A stretch of DNA of 64,000 nucleotides, taken from contig CATLCV010000001.1 of NCBI GenBank assembly GCA_949893755.1, positions 57,091-121,090 of the forward strand. The letters run 5' to 3'. The notes beneath the pieces are model-generated. The model was not told the origin of the DNA and searched no databases. It was given only the letters and a program-made list of their open reading frames with translations. Positions 27,836 through 37,701 of this stretch are shown here, piece by piece; position 1 is the first letter of the stretch, and each line of letters opens with the position of its first letter. The DNA is from an uncultured Lachnospiraceae bacterium. Its GTDB lineage: Bacteria; Bacillota; Clostridia; Lachnospirales; Lachnospiraceae. Both the position numbers and the translations under genes were made by a program.

Positions 27836-29101
27836 TTACTGCTCCACGCCGAAGTGCTCGAACAATATCCGCTCCGCCTCTGCGCTCCACAGTCCCCGGT
27901 TCTTTTTGCAGACTTCATCCAGCTTTTTGAACAGCGGATCCGTCTCGCCCAGCTTTCCAAAATCCTCGATCGCTGTCAGCGGCATATCGAACTGTGTATA
28001 AGTCAGCTTCTTTCCGCCCGGGATATTGGGCAGGTTCAGGGTCGCATCCGCAATGCTGTCAATGCCGCCTACATGCGTCACCATCACGGCCGGTTCGATC
28101 CTGCCCTTTGCCGCAAGGTCATTTGCCTCGATCAGGTCGTCGTTATTTCCCCCGGTCGTTCCCATGATATGTGCGCTTGTATAGTGCACATTATACAGGT
28201 TGATCTCGCCCTTGAACTGGTTGTCCGTGGGGCCTGCGAAGAAGTTCATGCAGCCGTCAAATGCCAGGAGCTGGTCGCCCATCTCCGCCACCTTACGGTT
28301 GGGGATATATACAAACACATCATCATACCCCTTTCCGCCTGTGATCGCCCGCAGACCTTCCACCGGGTCTTCCATCTTCGCCGTATTCACATAGAGGAGC
28401 TCTACTCCGTTTTCCGCCGCCTTGCTTTCCGGGATCACTTCCCTTGCGCGCTCGATCTTGGCATCGTCAATGTCTGTCACAACGATCCGTTTCGGCCTGT
28501 TCTCAATCTGGATCCCGTAGCTCACCGCACCCAGTCCCATGGGGCCGCAGCCGCCGAGGATGATGATATCGCCGTCCGGTTTCGTGCCTGTCGCAAGATC
28601 ATGGTTCCGTTTGTTGGTGTGATAATTCCCGTGGTAGCCTCCGATGATACAGCTCATGGGCTCGCCCAGAGACGCTTCAAAGAAGCTCTCTCCTTCATAA
28701 GGCATCAGGCATCCCAGCTCCATCACCTCGTGGGGGATGATGCAGTAGGTGCAGGCTCCGCCGAAAAATTCATAGGAATATCCGGGTGAAGCCAGGCTTC
28801 CCTTATAATTCAATGCCGGCTGCTGCGCAAACTTCATGCCCGGCTTGAACTGGTCTTTCCACTTTTCTCCTACCTCCACGATCACACCCGCAAATTCATG
28901 TCCGATGATGACCGGATTGGTGTCGATATTCTGGGGCGCGCGTTTGTGCTTCTTGCCCTGCTCCGCCAGCTTATAGGTGGACATGCAGATACTGTCGCTC
29001 ATGACCTTCACCAGGATCTCGTCATCCTTGATCTCCGGCAGTTCAAATTCCTCCAATCTCAAATCTCTCGTTCCATACATTCTGACTGCTCTTGTTTTCA
29101 T
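27836..29101 (-). CDS. Zn-dependent sugar-phosphate dehydrogenase, L-sorbose-1-phosphate reductase (SorE/YggP)-like
   Basis: DSICMSTYK, IIGHEFAG, QPALNY, PGYSY..FGG, EPMSC, GG.GPMG, THVGG, IPGGKKL. Confidence 0.85.
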   Translation of the reverse strand: MKTRAVRMYGTRDLRLEEFELPEIKDDEILVKVMSDSICMSTYKLAEQGKKHKRAPQNIDTNPVIIGHEFAGVIVEVGEKWKDQFKPGMKFAQQPALNYKGSLASPGYSYEFFGGACTYCIIPHEVMELGCLMPYEGESFFEASLGEPMSCIIGGYHGNYHTNKRNHDLATGTKPDGDIIILGGCGPMGLGAVSYGIQIENRPKRIVVTDIDDAKIERAREVIPESKAAENGVELLYVNTAKMEDPVEGLRAITGGKGYDDVFVYIPNRKVAEMGDQLLAFDGCMNFFAGPTDNQFKGEINLYNVHYTSAHIMGTTGGNNDDLIEANDLAAKGRIEPAVMVTHVGGIDSIADATLNLPNIPGGKKLTYTQFDMPLTAIEDFGKLGETDPLFKKLDEVCKKNRGLWSAEAERILFEHFGVEQ

Positions 29102-29140
29102 TTTTGATTACTCCTTCTATAAAATCTATTTCCGCAAATC

Positions 29141-30073
29141 TTACTGTGCACTCTCAATCTTCACCTGCATTTTCAGCTCTTCCACCAGTTCCTTCGCCGG
29201 AGGCTTCGTTCCGATCGTTGTCACTGCTCCTGCCGATGCCGCCATACACAGCCTGACGGTTTCCTCGTCTCCCAGCTTCTGATCCCATGCGTAGGCCAGC
29301 GCCGCCACCATCGCGTCTCCTGCGCCCACCGTAGAATGCGCCTTCACCGGAAGGGCCGGACAGACTGCCTCATATCCGCCTTTCACGAACATGGCGCCGC
29401 TCTTCCCCATGGAGACTGCCGCCGTGTGGATCCCCTTTTCCATCAGCTTCCGGGTTATTTCCAGAAGCTCCTTTCCTGACGCGCGGTAATCAATTCCCGC
29501 ATATTCCTCCAGCTCCACACGGTTCGGCTTGATGATATCCGGACCTGCCTCCAGTGACAGGCGGAACACCTCGCCGTCCGCGTCCATCAGTACCTGAGAG
29601 CCTTTTCCGTGAGCCATTCGGATGATCTTTTCGTAAATGTCCTTGCCCACGCCCCCCGGAATGCTGCCGGAAAGAACGATCAGTGTATTCACTCCCGCAT
29701 AGTTTTCCAGTTTATTCATTAATTTCTGTATCTGCTCTTCTGAAATAGCCGGCCCCGGTTCGTTCAGCTCGGTGACCGCTCCGTTTTCCTCAAACACCTT
29801 GGTATTGGTTCTTGTCTCCCCGTCTACCCAGATAAAGTCATGCATGATCTTCCGCGCGTCCAGCACATTTTCTATGGTCCTTCCGGCATTCCCTCCCAGA
29901 AAACCGGTAGCAATGCTTTCGCCCCCCAGCTCATGGATCGTCTTGGATACATTGATCCCCTTGCCGCCCGCGTCATACTCCACCTTCCGGATCCGGTTCA
30001 GTCCGCCGGGCTTGAGCGCGTCGATCTCCACCGTCTTATCAATGGCCGGGTTCATCGTAACTGTTATGATCAT
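29141..30073 (-). CDS. pfkB: 1-phosphofructokinase family hexose kinase
   Basis: TVTMNPAID, GGKGINVS, TRTN, LSGSIP, IKPN..EL, STVGAGD. Confidence 0.92.
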   Translation of the reverse strand: MIITVTMNPAIDKTVEIDALKPGGLNRIRKVEYDAGGKGINVSKTIHELGGESIATGFLGGNAGRTIENVLDARKIMHDFIWVDGETRTNTKVFEENGAVTELNEPGPAISEEQIQKLMNKLENYAGVNTLIVLSGSIPGGVGKDIYEKIIRMAHGKGSQVLMDADGEVFRLSLEAGPDIIKPNRVELEEYAGIDYRASGKELLEITRKLMEKGIHTAAVSMGKSGAMFVKGGYEAVCPALPVKAHSTVGAGDAMVAALAYAWDQKLGDEETVRLCMAASAGAVTTIGTKPPAKELVEELKMQVKIESAQ

Positions 30074-30079
30074 CCTTCT

Positions 30080-30541
30080 CTACTCCTTTCCGGAAAGAAT
30101 CTGGTACAGCGTGTCCGCGTCGCAGGTCTTGATCTGTTCCGCAGTCGCGTCATCCAGCATCTTCTCTGCGATGGACGACAGGATATCCATATGCTCCTCG
30201 CCCACTCCGGCAATTCCGATCACGACCTTCACATCTTCCCCGTCCCAGTCCACGCTGTCCCGGAATGTCATCACGGCAATTCCGGATGCCTTGATCTGGT
30301 CCTTTACGGCTTCAATCCCATGGGGAAGCGCAAGTCCGTTTCCCATAAATGTGGAAAATGTTTTTTCTCTTTCCACCATCCCGTCTACATACGGCTGCTC
30401 CACATATCCGGAATCCGCCAGCATCTGCCCCACCTTGCGGATGATGTTCTCCTTTGTATCGGGTTCGCAGTTTACATGTACGTTTTCACGGTACAGCAAT
30501 TCCTTCTTTTCTTTTTTTTCTTCCTTTTTCTTAAAAAACAT
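30080..30541 (-). CDS. PTS EIIA component (mannitol/fructose family)
   Basis: REKTFSTFMGNGLALPHG; ATG at 30541. Confidence 0.9.
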   Translation of the reverse strand: MFFKKKEEKKEKKELLYRENVHVNCEPDTKENIIRKVGQMLADSGYVEQPYVDGMVEREKTFSTFMGNGLALPHGIEAVKDQIKASGIAVMTFRDSVDWDGEDVKVVIGIAGVGEEHMDILSSIAEKMLDDATAEQIKTCDADTLYQILSGKE

Positions 30542-30604
30542 ATTGACCACCTGTGTCCTCTCTATCTCTTTCATTTCCCCGGGGTGTTGGTTCCTTGTAT
30601 CCTT

Positions 30605-30673
30605 ATTATATGCCCCGGAAACGTCTCTTTTCAACAAATAGAAAATGGGATTTGGCGCTATCCGATAGCGCCA
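30605..30673 (-). promoter_or_regulatory. Promoter with upstream palindromic activator site (copy 2)
   Basis: TGGCGCTATC.GATAGCGCCA palindrome, then TTGAAA-N18-TATAAT. Confidence 0.7.
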
Positions 30674-30777
30674 GAAACCGCTGTTTTACCGGCCGGATGC
30701 CTTGCAGGCTGAAACTTTATCCGTTGCGGAACGTATCGGTAATTCCAGATGCCGTAAACAGCAGAGCCAGTCAGATA

Positions 30778-32871
30778 TCACACCTTCGCCAGATACCGGT
30801 TGAAATACTCCTTCAGATACCTGGAAAGCAGCTCCCGGATCTCCTCCTTGTCCCCCCGTGCCAGCACTTCCAGAAATTCATATTCTTCGATCAGCATGCT
30901 GCTGATATATCCCATGATCTCGTTATTGACCTGTCCATTCTCATCAATCGGCACCAGCATAATGATCACGGTCCGAATCCCCTTAAAATAAGGATCCTGA
31001 AATGCTTCCAGGTCTTTCGTCATACAGACCGCAAACTCCGGCCGCAGCACGCCCTTTGTCCGGGTATGCAGAAGCGCAAACCCAAATTCCGCAAAGACCT
31101 GGGAGGAAATCCGTTCCCTGCGCATCAGGTCTTCCTGGATCTGTCCGCTTCGGTCCGAATAGGGGGACATTTTTTCCCCTACCGCGATCAAAAGCTCCTC
31201 AAAGGTAATGTCATTGTCTACCTTAAAAAATTCCATATTTTTCAGGATCGTCTTGATCTGCACCGCAACCAGATTGATTTCCTCCAGCTTCACGGAAAAC
31301 TCGTTTTCCTCTTTGTGCTTTTCCGGCATTCTCTCGTACCGCAGGATCATCTCCCGTATTTCTTCCATATTCTCCTTATTGAGAAGCGGATTCACGGAAA
31401 CGACCGGGATGTCCTGGGGTTCCATGGGAATCGTGGAAATCAGAAAATCTGTTTTTCCGATGATGTACGGCGTGATATCATTTTTTCCGTATGCCGTCAG
31501 GACCATCCGGTCCTTATAGGTTTTCTCCAGCTTGGACACCATCAGACGGGAGATCCCGATCCCGCTGGAGCAGATCACTCCCACATGGACCTTCCGTATA
31601 TTTTCCCGGCGTCCCTCCAGGCGGAATACCGCCGCACCGAAATGTACCGTCAGGAAACCGATCTCCTCCTCCGGCACCTCCCGCTGCGTCTTCTTCTCCA
31701 GAACTGCCGCCACATAAACGCATTTCCGGTAGATTTCCGGATAGCTCTCCCGGATCTCCGCAAGCATGGGATTCTGAATATGCATTCCATATATGATCCG
31801 GATCAGAGTCGGCTGCAGATGCGCCAAAAGCCCCTGGATAAATTCCTCGTCCTGTTTGAGCAGGCATGCCTGCACCGGGTCAAAGGCATCGATCATCTCA
31901 TTGACCAGATACTGCAGCTCCCGGTTTTCAATCGTCAGGGCTTCCCCGGCATTCCACCGTATCCGCTCATGCTTGGCACCCTTGATATGCAGGCAGATGT
32001 AGGAAATCTCCATCGCCGGGAAGCGGATGCCGAATTCCTCTTCCAGCTCCGCCGCGATCTCCTCCGACAGAAGGTAATCCTCATCCCGTTCAAGCTGTTC
32101 CCCCCAGCTGCTGCCCGGCTCGATCGTCTCATCCTTGAGGATCCGGTCAATGGCAATGGTAATATGGATCACGAGCCCTACATAGGAATTTTCCGTCAGG
32201 GACTTTACCTGGAGATGATCCATCCCCGCAATACAGCGGATCACACGTTTCAGTACATCGTTGTTCAGCACCTGCCCGATCTCGCTTTTCAGCAGAAGAT
32301 CCTGGGGATCCAGCACCGTGGTTTCCTCCTCATAGGCTTCCCGCAGTACCTTTGTATCTATATTTTCTTCAATAAACGCGCGGATCGCCCTGCGGTAATC
32401 CTCCTCGCTTCCATTGGTCTCAATCCCGCTTCCCGGCTTTCGGCTAATCTGCAGGCCATACCCGGCCAGCCAGCTTTCCACCGCTTCCAGGTCCGCGCTG
32501 ACCGTAGCCTCACTGACACCGAACTGACTGCTGTAATAATACAGCTTTTTCAGCCCCTTTTCCCTCAGCAGTTCCAGGACGAGCCGCTTCCGCCGCTCCT
32601 CCCGGTTGCTCACATCGTAAGGGTCTCCCTGGCTGAGCTCCGCAAGAAGACGTTTCTTTTCCTCCCCGCTGCCTTCCAGCCAGACGCCCACGCCGGTCTT
32701 TGACGAAAAACGGACTTCATACGCTTTGAGCGTACTTTCCATATATTCCAGTTCTCTTTGAGCCGTCCGTTTGCTCACTCCGATCTGCTCCGCCAGGAGC
32801 TTCACGGAAATGGGTCCTTCCTCCTGAAGCAGTACCAGCAGGATCTGTCTCATACGAGCCGAAATATCCAT
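30778..32871 (-). CDS. PRD-containing transcriptional activator (MtlR/BglG family)
   Basis: N-terminal HTH, two PRDs, EIIB-like ICSSGIGISR, C-terminal EIIA-like domain. Confidence 0.92.
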   Translation of the reverse strand: MDISARMRQILLVLLQEEGPISVKLLAEQIGVSKRTAQRELEYMESTLKAYEVRFSSKTGVGVWLEGSGEEKKRLLAELSQGDPYDVSNREERRKRLVLELLREKGLKKLYYYSSQFGVSEATVSADLEAVESWLAGYGLQISRKPGSGIETNGSEEDYRRAIRAFIEENIDTKVLREAYEEETTVLDPQDLLLKSEIGQVLNNDVLKRVIRCIAGMDHLQVKSLTENSYVGLVIHITIAIDRILKDETIEPGSSWGEQLERDEDYLLSEEIAAELEEEFGIRFPAMEISYICLHIKGAKHERIRWNAGEALTIENRELQYLVNEMIDAFDPVQACLLKQDEEFIQGLLAHLQPTLIRIIYGMHIQNPMLAEIRESYPEIYRKCVYVAAVLEKKTQREVPEEEIGFLTVHFGAAVFRLEGRRENIRKVHVGVICSSGIGISRLMVSKLEKTYKDRMVLTAYGKNDITPYIIGKTDFLISTIPMEPQDIPVVSVNPLLNKENMEEIREMILRYERMPEKHKEENEFSVKLEEINLVAVQIKTILKNMEFFKVDNDITFEELLIAVGEKMSPYSDRSGQIQEDLMRRERISSQVFAEFGFALLHTRTKGVLRPEFAVCMTKDLEAFQDPYFKGIRTVIIMLVPIDENGQVNNEIMGYISSMLIEEYEFLEVLARGDKEEIRELLSRYLKEYFNRYLAKV

Positions 32872-32923
32872 AGCCCCTCCCCCTCTTTTGTATAGAAAAG
32901 CTACCTGTGACAGGCTTTCTGTA

Positions 32924-34336
32924 TTATCCTTGATTTCTCTTTTTCAGATCTTCCACCAGGACGTCATATTCCGGTGCCGCCAGGAAATTTGTGATCAGGA
33001 TCCGCTCCGCGTTGGGATTGCTGCGCTCCGCACGTTCTCCCAGCTCCTGGTGCGTCACTACGATCTGTACGTCGGCCGGAATACTGGACACCGGTGTATG
33101 GATCACCTCAATCCCTTCCAGTCCGGCTGCCGCGATCTTTTTTTTCAGTACGGTTGCTCCCATGGCGCTGGAGCCCATTCCCGCATCGCAGGCAAACGCG
33201 ATCTTGCGGATCTTTCCCTGTCCTTTTGCAGGCTCTGCCGCCGCGCTGCTGTCATCCCGGATTCCCTTTGCCTGTTTCTTCATGGCGTCCTTTTTCTGCT
33301 GTGCTTCCTCCAGGGAGGTATCCTTTCCCATGAACTTCAAAAGAGGAACCGCGATCACAAAGGAGACCACCGCCGCGATCAGCACTCCAAGGAACAGCCC
33401 CACATAGCAATGCCGCTCCGCCATCATCACCAGTGCCAGGATACTGCCCGGTGAAGCCGGCGCCGTCAGTCCCACGCCCATCAGGTTGAAGGTAAACACT
33501 CCGGCTGCCCCGCCTGCGATGGTTGCAAGGAGGAGCAGGGGATTCATGAGGATATATGGGAAATAGATCTCATGGATCCCCCCGAAGAAATGGATGATCA
33601 CCGCGCCGGGCGCTGAGCTCTTCGCATTTCCTTTTCCGGCAATGCAGTACGCCAGCAGGACACCCAGCCCGGGACCCGGATTGGCTTCTAACAGGAAGAA
33701 GATGGATTTTCCCATTTCCTCCACCTGCTGGATCCCCATCGGAGACAGGATCCCGTGATTGATGGCGTTATTCAAAAACAGAACCTTGGCCGGTTCGATA
33801 AACAGGCTGGTCAGCGGAAGGATGCCATGGTCTACAAAGAAACCGACCCCGATGCTCATCCAGTTATTGAGCGTCCCCACCAGCGGCGTCACACCGTACA
33901 TGGCAAGAACCGCAAGGACGGCGCCGATGATCCCCAGTGAAAAATTGTTCACCAGCATCTCAAATCCGGCTTTCACATGATTCTCCATCAGCTTGTCAAA
34001 CTTTTTGATCACCCATGCGGAAAGGGGACCTACGATCATTGCCCCGATAAACATGGGGACATCCGAGCCCACGATCACACCCATGGTCGCAATGGCGCCG
34101 ATCACGCCGCCCCGCTGTCCCGCGACCACATTTCCTCCCGTATATGCGATCAGCAGGGGCAGCAGTACGGATGACATGGGGCTGACCAGCTGTGCGATCC
34201 GTTCGTTGGGCAACCAGCCCGTCTCGATAAACAATGCGGTAATCAATCCCCAGGCAATAAACGCTCCGATATTGGGCATGACCATGCCGCTTAGGGATCT
34301 TCCAAATAACTGTACTTTTTCTTTCATAAATTCCAC
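32924..34336 (-). CDS. mtlA: PTS mannitol-type EIICB
   Basis: LSGMVMPNIGAFIAWG, EPAKVLFLNNAINHG, EANPGPG, GGIHEIYFP, ACDAGMGSSAMGA. Confidence 0.92.
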   Translation of the reverse strand: MEFMKEKVQLFGRSLSGMVMPNIGAFIAWGLITALFIETGWLPNERIAQLVSPMSSVLLPLLIAYTGGNVVAGQRGGVIGAIATMGVIVGSDVPMFIGAMIVGPLSAWVIKKFDKLMENHVKAGFEMLVNNFSLGIIGAVLAVLAMYGVTPLVGTLNNWMSIGVGFFVDHGILPLTSLFIEPAKVLFLNNAINHGILSPMGIQQVEEMGKSIFFLLEANPGPGLGVLLAYCIAGKGNAKSSAPGAVIIHFFGGIHEIYFPYILMNPLLLLATIAGGAAGVFTFNLMGVGLTAPASPGSILALVMMAERHCYVGLFLGVLIAAVVSFVIAVPLLKFMGKDTSLEEAQQKKDAMKKQAKGIRDDSSAAAEPAKGQGKIRKIAFACDAGMGSSAMGATVLKKKIAAAGLEGIEVIHTPVSSIPADVQIVVTHQELGERAERSNPNAERILITNFLAAPEYDVLVEDLKKRNQG

Positions 34337-34400
34337 ACCTCATTTTCTTTTGGTATTCAGAAGTGCGATCGGCCAATCACGTTTTCTTCATCGTATGTTT

Positions 34401-34470
34401 ATTATAAACTTGCCCTGTGTTTTATTTCAACAAATAGAAAAACAAATTTGGCGTCATCCGTTAGTGCCAA
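34401..34470 (-). promoter_or_regulatory. Promoter with upstream palindromic activator site (copy 1)
   Basis: TTGGCAC-TAACGGATGA-CGCCAA, then TTTTCTATTTG-TTGAAA-N18-TATAAT; same layout as 30605-30673. Confidence 0.7.
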
Positions 34471-34604
34471 AGAGATCATCCGCGCCAAAATACAGGAAAC
34501 CACAGTCAACAATATCTTGTCCTTCCCTACTGCAGAAAGCGCCTGCCGCACCAGAGTTCTTTCTTCTCCGGCACGGCAGGCGCCTTTCTATATTTCATAG
34601 ATAT

Positions 34605-35921
34605 TCATCCGGTATAAACATGTTCCACGTATCCTGCAATTCTGTTTTCCAGACCGTATACCACATTGCTGATCACATATTCCCCTTCATTTATAAAAAT
34701 CTCGATCAGATTCGATTCCACAAATATATCCAGACTGCAGTGTTCCAGGCTTACCGGCGTGCCGCATACGGCTGCCCATCCATCGGTACGGGCAAATACC
34801 CTGCTCCGGTCTGTTTTCACATATCCATTTTCAACCCAGATCCTGTATCCTCCTATATCCAGATATTCTCCTTCTGACAGCATTGTTTTTATACGGCATG
34901 GAACACCGGGATCCATATGTCCCCTGTCTTCCTTTTCCTCGGAAAAGTATCTTTCCACCTCCGGATGGACTCTGAAATAAATATGCTCCTCCGCGATTTC
35001 CACGATCCTGGGAAGGCTCATCATCCCGTTCCAGTCTTTTTTTCCTTCTTCCCGCACAGCTTCGGGCATTCTCATCCAGCCGATCAGCACCCGCCTTCCT
35101 TCCCTGTCCACATTGGTCTGGGGTGCGTACAGATCCATGCCATAGTCCACATACTGAAAATCCGAAACGATTTCCATGGTGCATGTATGGCTGTCAAACT
35201 CTGCCAGTGCAGCGATTGACTGGTGTTCATATCCTTTCGCCGCATCCTCCACATACATTGCGGATCCGGTAAACACGTACCGATCTCTAATCCGGAACAG
35301 ATCCGGGCATTCCAGGATTTTTCCAAAGCTTTGATTCCTATACTGTGCGGCATATTGCCAGTGTTCTCCGTCCCTGCTTTTAAAAAACACGGCGCGGCCT
35401 TCCTCTTCCCTGACCGTACTGCCCAGGATCATATAATAATTTCCGCTGTCATACCACACTTTGGGATCGCGTGTATGTCCTGCATCGGCAATCCGTCCAT
35501 CCCGGATCACCGGAATGATCTGTTTTTTCCCGTTCCAGTTGTCAAATTGAAATCCATCCTCTGAGACCACCATTGCCTGGCTTGTTTCATATACGTCCTG
35601 CACCGGGATATGGATATTTTCTTCCTCTTCCTCCAGATACCGCACCGCAGAATAATAGAGATGCAGCCTTCCGTCTTTTTCTATCGCGCTTCCGGAGAAT
35701 GCCCCGTTACTGTCATATCTTTTGGTTGGAAACACAGCGATATCCAGGTGTTCCCAATGCACCAGGTCTTCGCTTACCGCATGTCCCCAATGCATGGTTC
35801 CCCATACAGGAGCATAGGGGAAGCACTGGTAAAACAGATGATACCTTCCCTTATAATAAATAAATCCGTTTGGATCATTTATCCAATTTCCAGGAGCCTT
35901 TAAATGAAGTGTATTTTTCAT
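34605..35921 (-). CDS. GH32 beta-fructofuranosidase/sucrose hydrolase
   Basis: WINDPNG, HWGHAVS, FSGSA, RDPKV, ECPD. Confidence 0.95.
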   Translation of the reverse strand: MKNTLHLKAPGNWINDPNGFIYYKGRYHLFYQCFPYAPVWGTMHWGHAVSEDLVHWEHLDIAVFPTKRYDSNGAFSGSAIEKDGRLHLYYSAVRYLEEEEENIHIPVQDVYETSQAMVVSEDGFQFDNWNGKKQIIPVIRDGRIADAGHTRDPKVWYDSGNYYMILGSTVREEEGRAVFFKSRDGEHWQYAAQYRNQSFGKILECPDLFRIRDRYVFTGSAMYVEDAAKGYEHQSIAALAEFDSHTCTMEIVSDFQYVDYGMDLYAPQTNVDREGRRVLIGWMRMPEAVREEGKKDWNGMMSLPRIVEIAEEHIYFRVHPEVERYFSEEKEDRGHMDPGVPCRIKTMLSEGEYLDIGGYRIWVENGYVKTDRSRVFARTDGWAAVCGTPVSLEHCSLDIFVESNLIEIFINEGEYVISNVVYGLENRIAGYVEHVYTG

Positions 35922-35957
35922 ATGCTTCCCCTTTCCTGCTGTTGAATGGAATAAATC

Positions 35958-36818
35958 TTATTTTACGGCGCCTGCTACCACACCATTGATGATCTGTTTC
36001 TGCAGTACCATATACAAGATCAGGATCGGAATCACACACAGCAGAAGTCCTGCCATGATCGTACCATAATCTGCCGAATAGGTTCCGTAAAAGCTGTAGG
36101 TAGACAGCGGCAATGTCAGCAGCTCTTTATCTGTCAGTACCAGTGACGGCAGAAGAAAATCATTCCAGAATGCCAGAGCATTTAAGATCACCATCGTGGA
36201 GATGATCGGCTTCAGCAGCGGAAATACAATCTTGAAAAATGTCTGGGAATGTGTACATCCATCGATATAAGCCGCTTCCTCCAGTGCGATCGGTATATTT
36301 CCATTGATAAACCCGTGGAACATAAATACCGACATTGCCATGGAAAATCCTGTATGCATAAAAATCAATGTCAGACGATGATTCAGTATATTCAGCGTCC
36401 CGCCGTAAATGCTCACAAGCGGGATCATGATCGCCTGGAACGGAATGATCATGGATGCCACCATCAGGGCAAACGTGATTTTTGAGATCCAGTTTTTATG
36501 ACGAACGATATAGTATGCCAGCATTGCCGCGAACAGGGTCACGAGCGCCGTTGCCGATACCGTTACGATCAGAGAATTTTTAAACGCGTTCAGGAAATCC
36601 ATCTGCGTAAATGCCTTTACAAAGTTGTCGAAAGATAAGCCCTTGATCGTAAACAGCCAGGAAAACGGGCTTTTTATGATATCTCGTTTTTGTTTCAGCG
36701 AATTGATCACAACCATGAGGAATGGAAACATGTACGCGATAAATATCACGATCAATCCGGCCATCGCCAGCATATCCGCCGCTTTCTTTTTTGTTCCGCC
36801 CACTACTGTCTGCTGCAT
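35958..36818 (-). CDS. Carbohydrate ABC transporter permease
   Basis: LEEAAYIDG EAA loop, WNDFLLP. Confidence 0.95.
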   Translation of the reverse strand: MQQTVVGGTKKKAADMLAMAGLIVIFIAYMFPFLMVVINSLKQKRDIIKSPFSWLFTIKGLSFDNFVKAFTQMDFLNAFKNSLIVTVSATALVTLFAAMLAYYIVRHKNWISKITFALMVASMIIPFQAIMIPLVSIYGGTLNILNHRLTLIFMHTGFSMAMSVFMFHGFINGNIPIALEEAAYIDGCTHSQTFFKIVFPLLKPIISTMVILNALAFWNDFLLPSLVLTDKELLTLPLSTYSFYGTYSADYGTIMAGLLLCVIPILILYMVLQKQIINGVVAGAVK

Positions 36819-37690
36819 TATGCCTCAACCTCCTTCTTCTTTGTCAGATATACCTGAATCCCGCTGATGCAGGCTACAATGATAAACAGGATCAATGCCT
36901 CTGCCTGACCCACACCGAACTGCCTGGATGTAAACGCCTTCTCATAGACATGCATAGCCGCCATTTCCGTAGTCCCGTATGGCGCACCCGCTGTCAGGGA
37001 CAGGTTCACATCGTATACCATGAACGCGCGGGAAAGTGTTAAGAACAGGCAGATGGTCACAGAAGACATCATCAGCGGCATTACAATGCTCCTCATCTTT
37101 CTCCATCCGGAAGCTCCGTCGATACTTGCCGCTTCCATAACGTCTTCACTGAGTCCCATAAATCCGGCCACATAGATCAGGATCATATAGCCCGACAGCT
37201 GCCATACAGATACAAGCACTAACGCCGCAAATGCTTTTGCCGGGTCGGAAAGCCAGGACACCTCAAACGCACTCCATCCCGTTGATTCACCAATGTTTAC
37301 AAAGACTCTGGAAAATACAAACTGCCAGATATATCCCAATACAATTCCCCCGATCAGATTTGGTGTGAAAAATCCCGCACGGAAGAAATTCTGTCCTTTC
37401 ATCCCTCTGGTCAGAAGATAGGCAATTCCAAATGCCATCACATTTACGATCACAACCACAAAAATCACATATTTAAATGTCAGGAGCAGCGAGGTCCAGA
37501 ATTGTACGTCCTTCATCACCCCTCCGAAATTTTTCAGCCCGACAAAGTTCTTTACGGCAGATACTCCGTTCCAGTCTGTCATTGTCAGATACACTCCATA
37601 TACAAACGGAATGATTACGACTGCAATAAAGCAAAACAGTCCCGGCAGCGCAAAAATACAGAAATCCTTTCCATTATTTTTCGACTTCAT
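36818..37690 (-). CDS. Carbohydrate ABC transporter permease
   Basis: VMEAASIDGAS EAA loop, TDWNG. Confidence 0.95.
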   Translation of the reverse strand: MKSKNNGKDFCIFALPGLFCFIAVVIIPFVYGVYLTMTDWNGVSAVKNFVGLKNFGGVMKDVQFWTSLLLTFKYVIFVVVIVNVMAFGIAYLLTRGMKGQNFFRAGFFTPNLIGGIVLGYIWQFVFSRVFVNIGESTGWSAFEVSWLSDPAKAFAALVLVSVWQLSGYMILIYVAGFMGLSEDVMEAASIDGASGWRKMRSIVMPLMMSSVTICLFLTLSRAFMVYDVNLSLTAGAPYGTTEMAAMHVYEKAFTSRQFGVGQAEALILFIIVACISGIQVYLTKKKEVEA

Positions 37691-37701
37691 AATGTCCTCC
37701 T

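Noticed and set aside
30553-32703. 716-aa plus-strand ORF
   Set aside because: Antisense shadow of the MtlR-like gene; no recognisable motifs; explained by codon bias.
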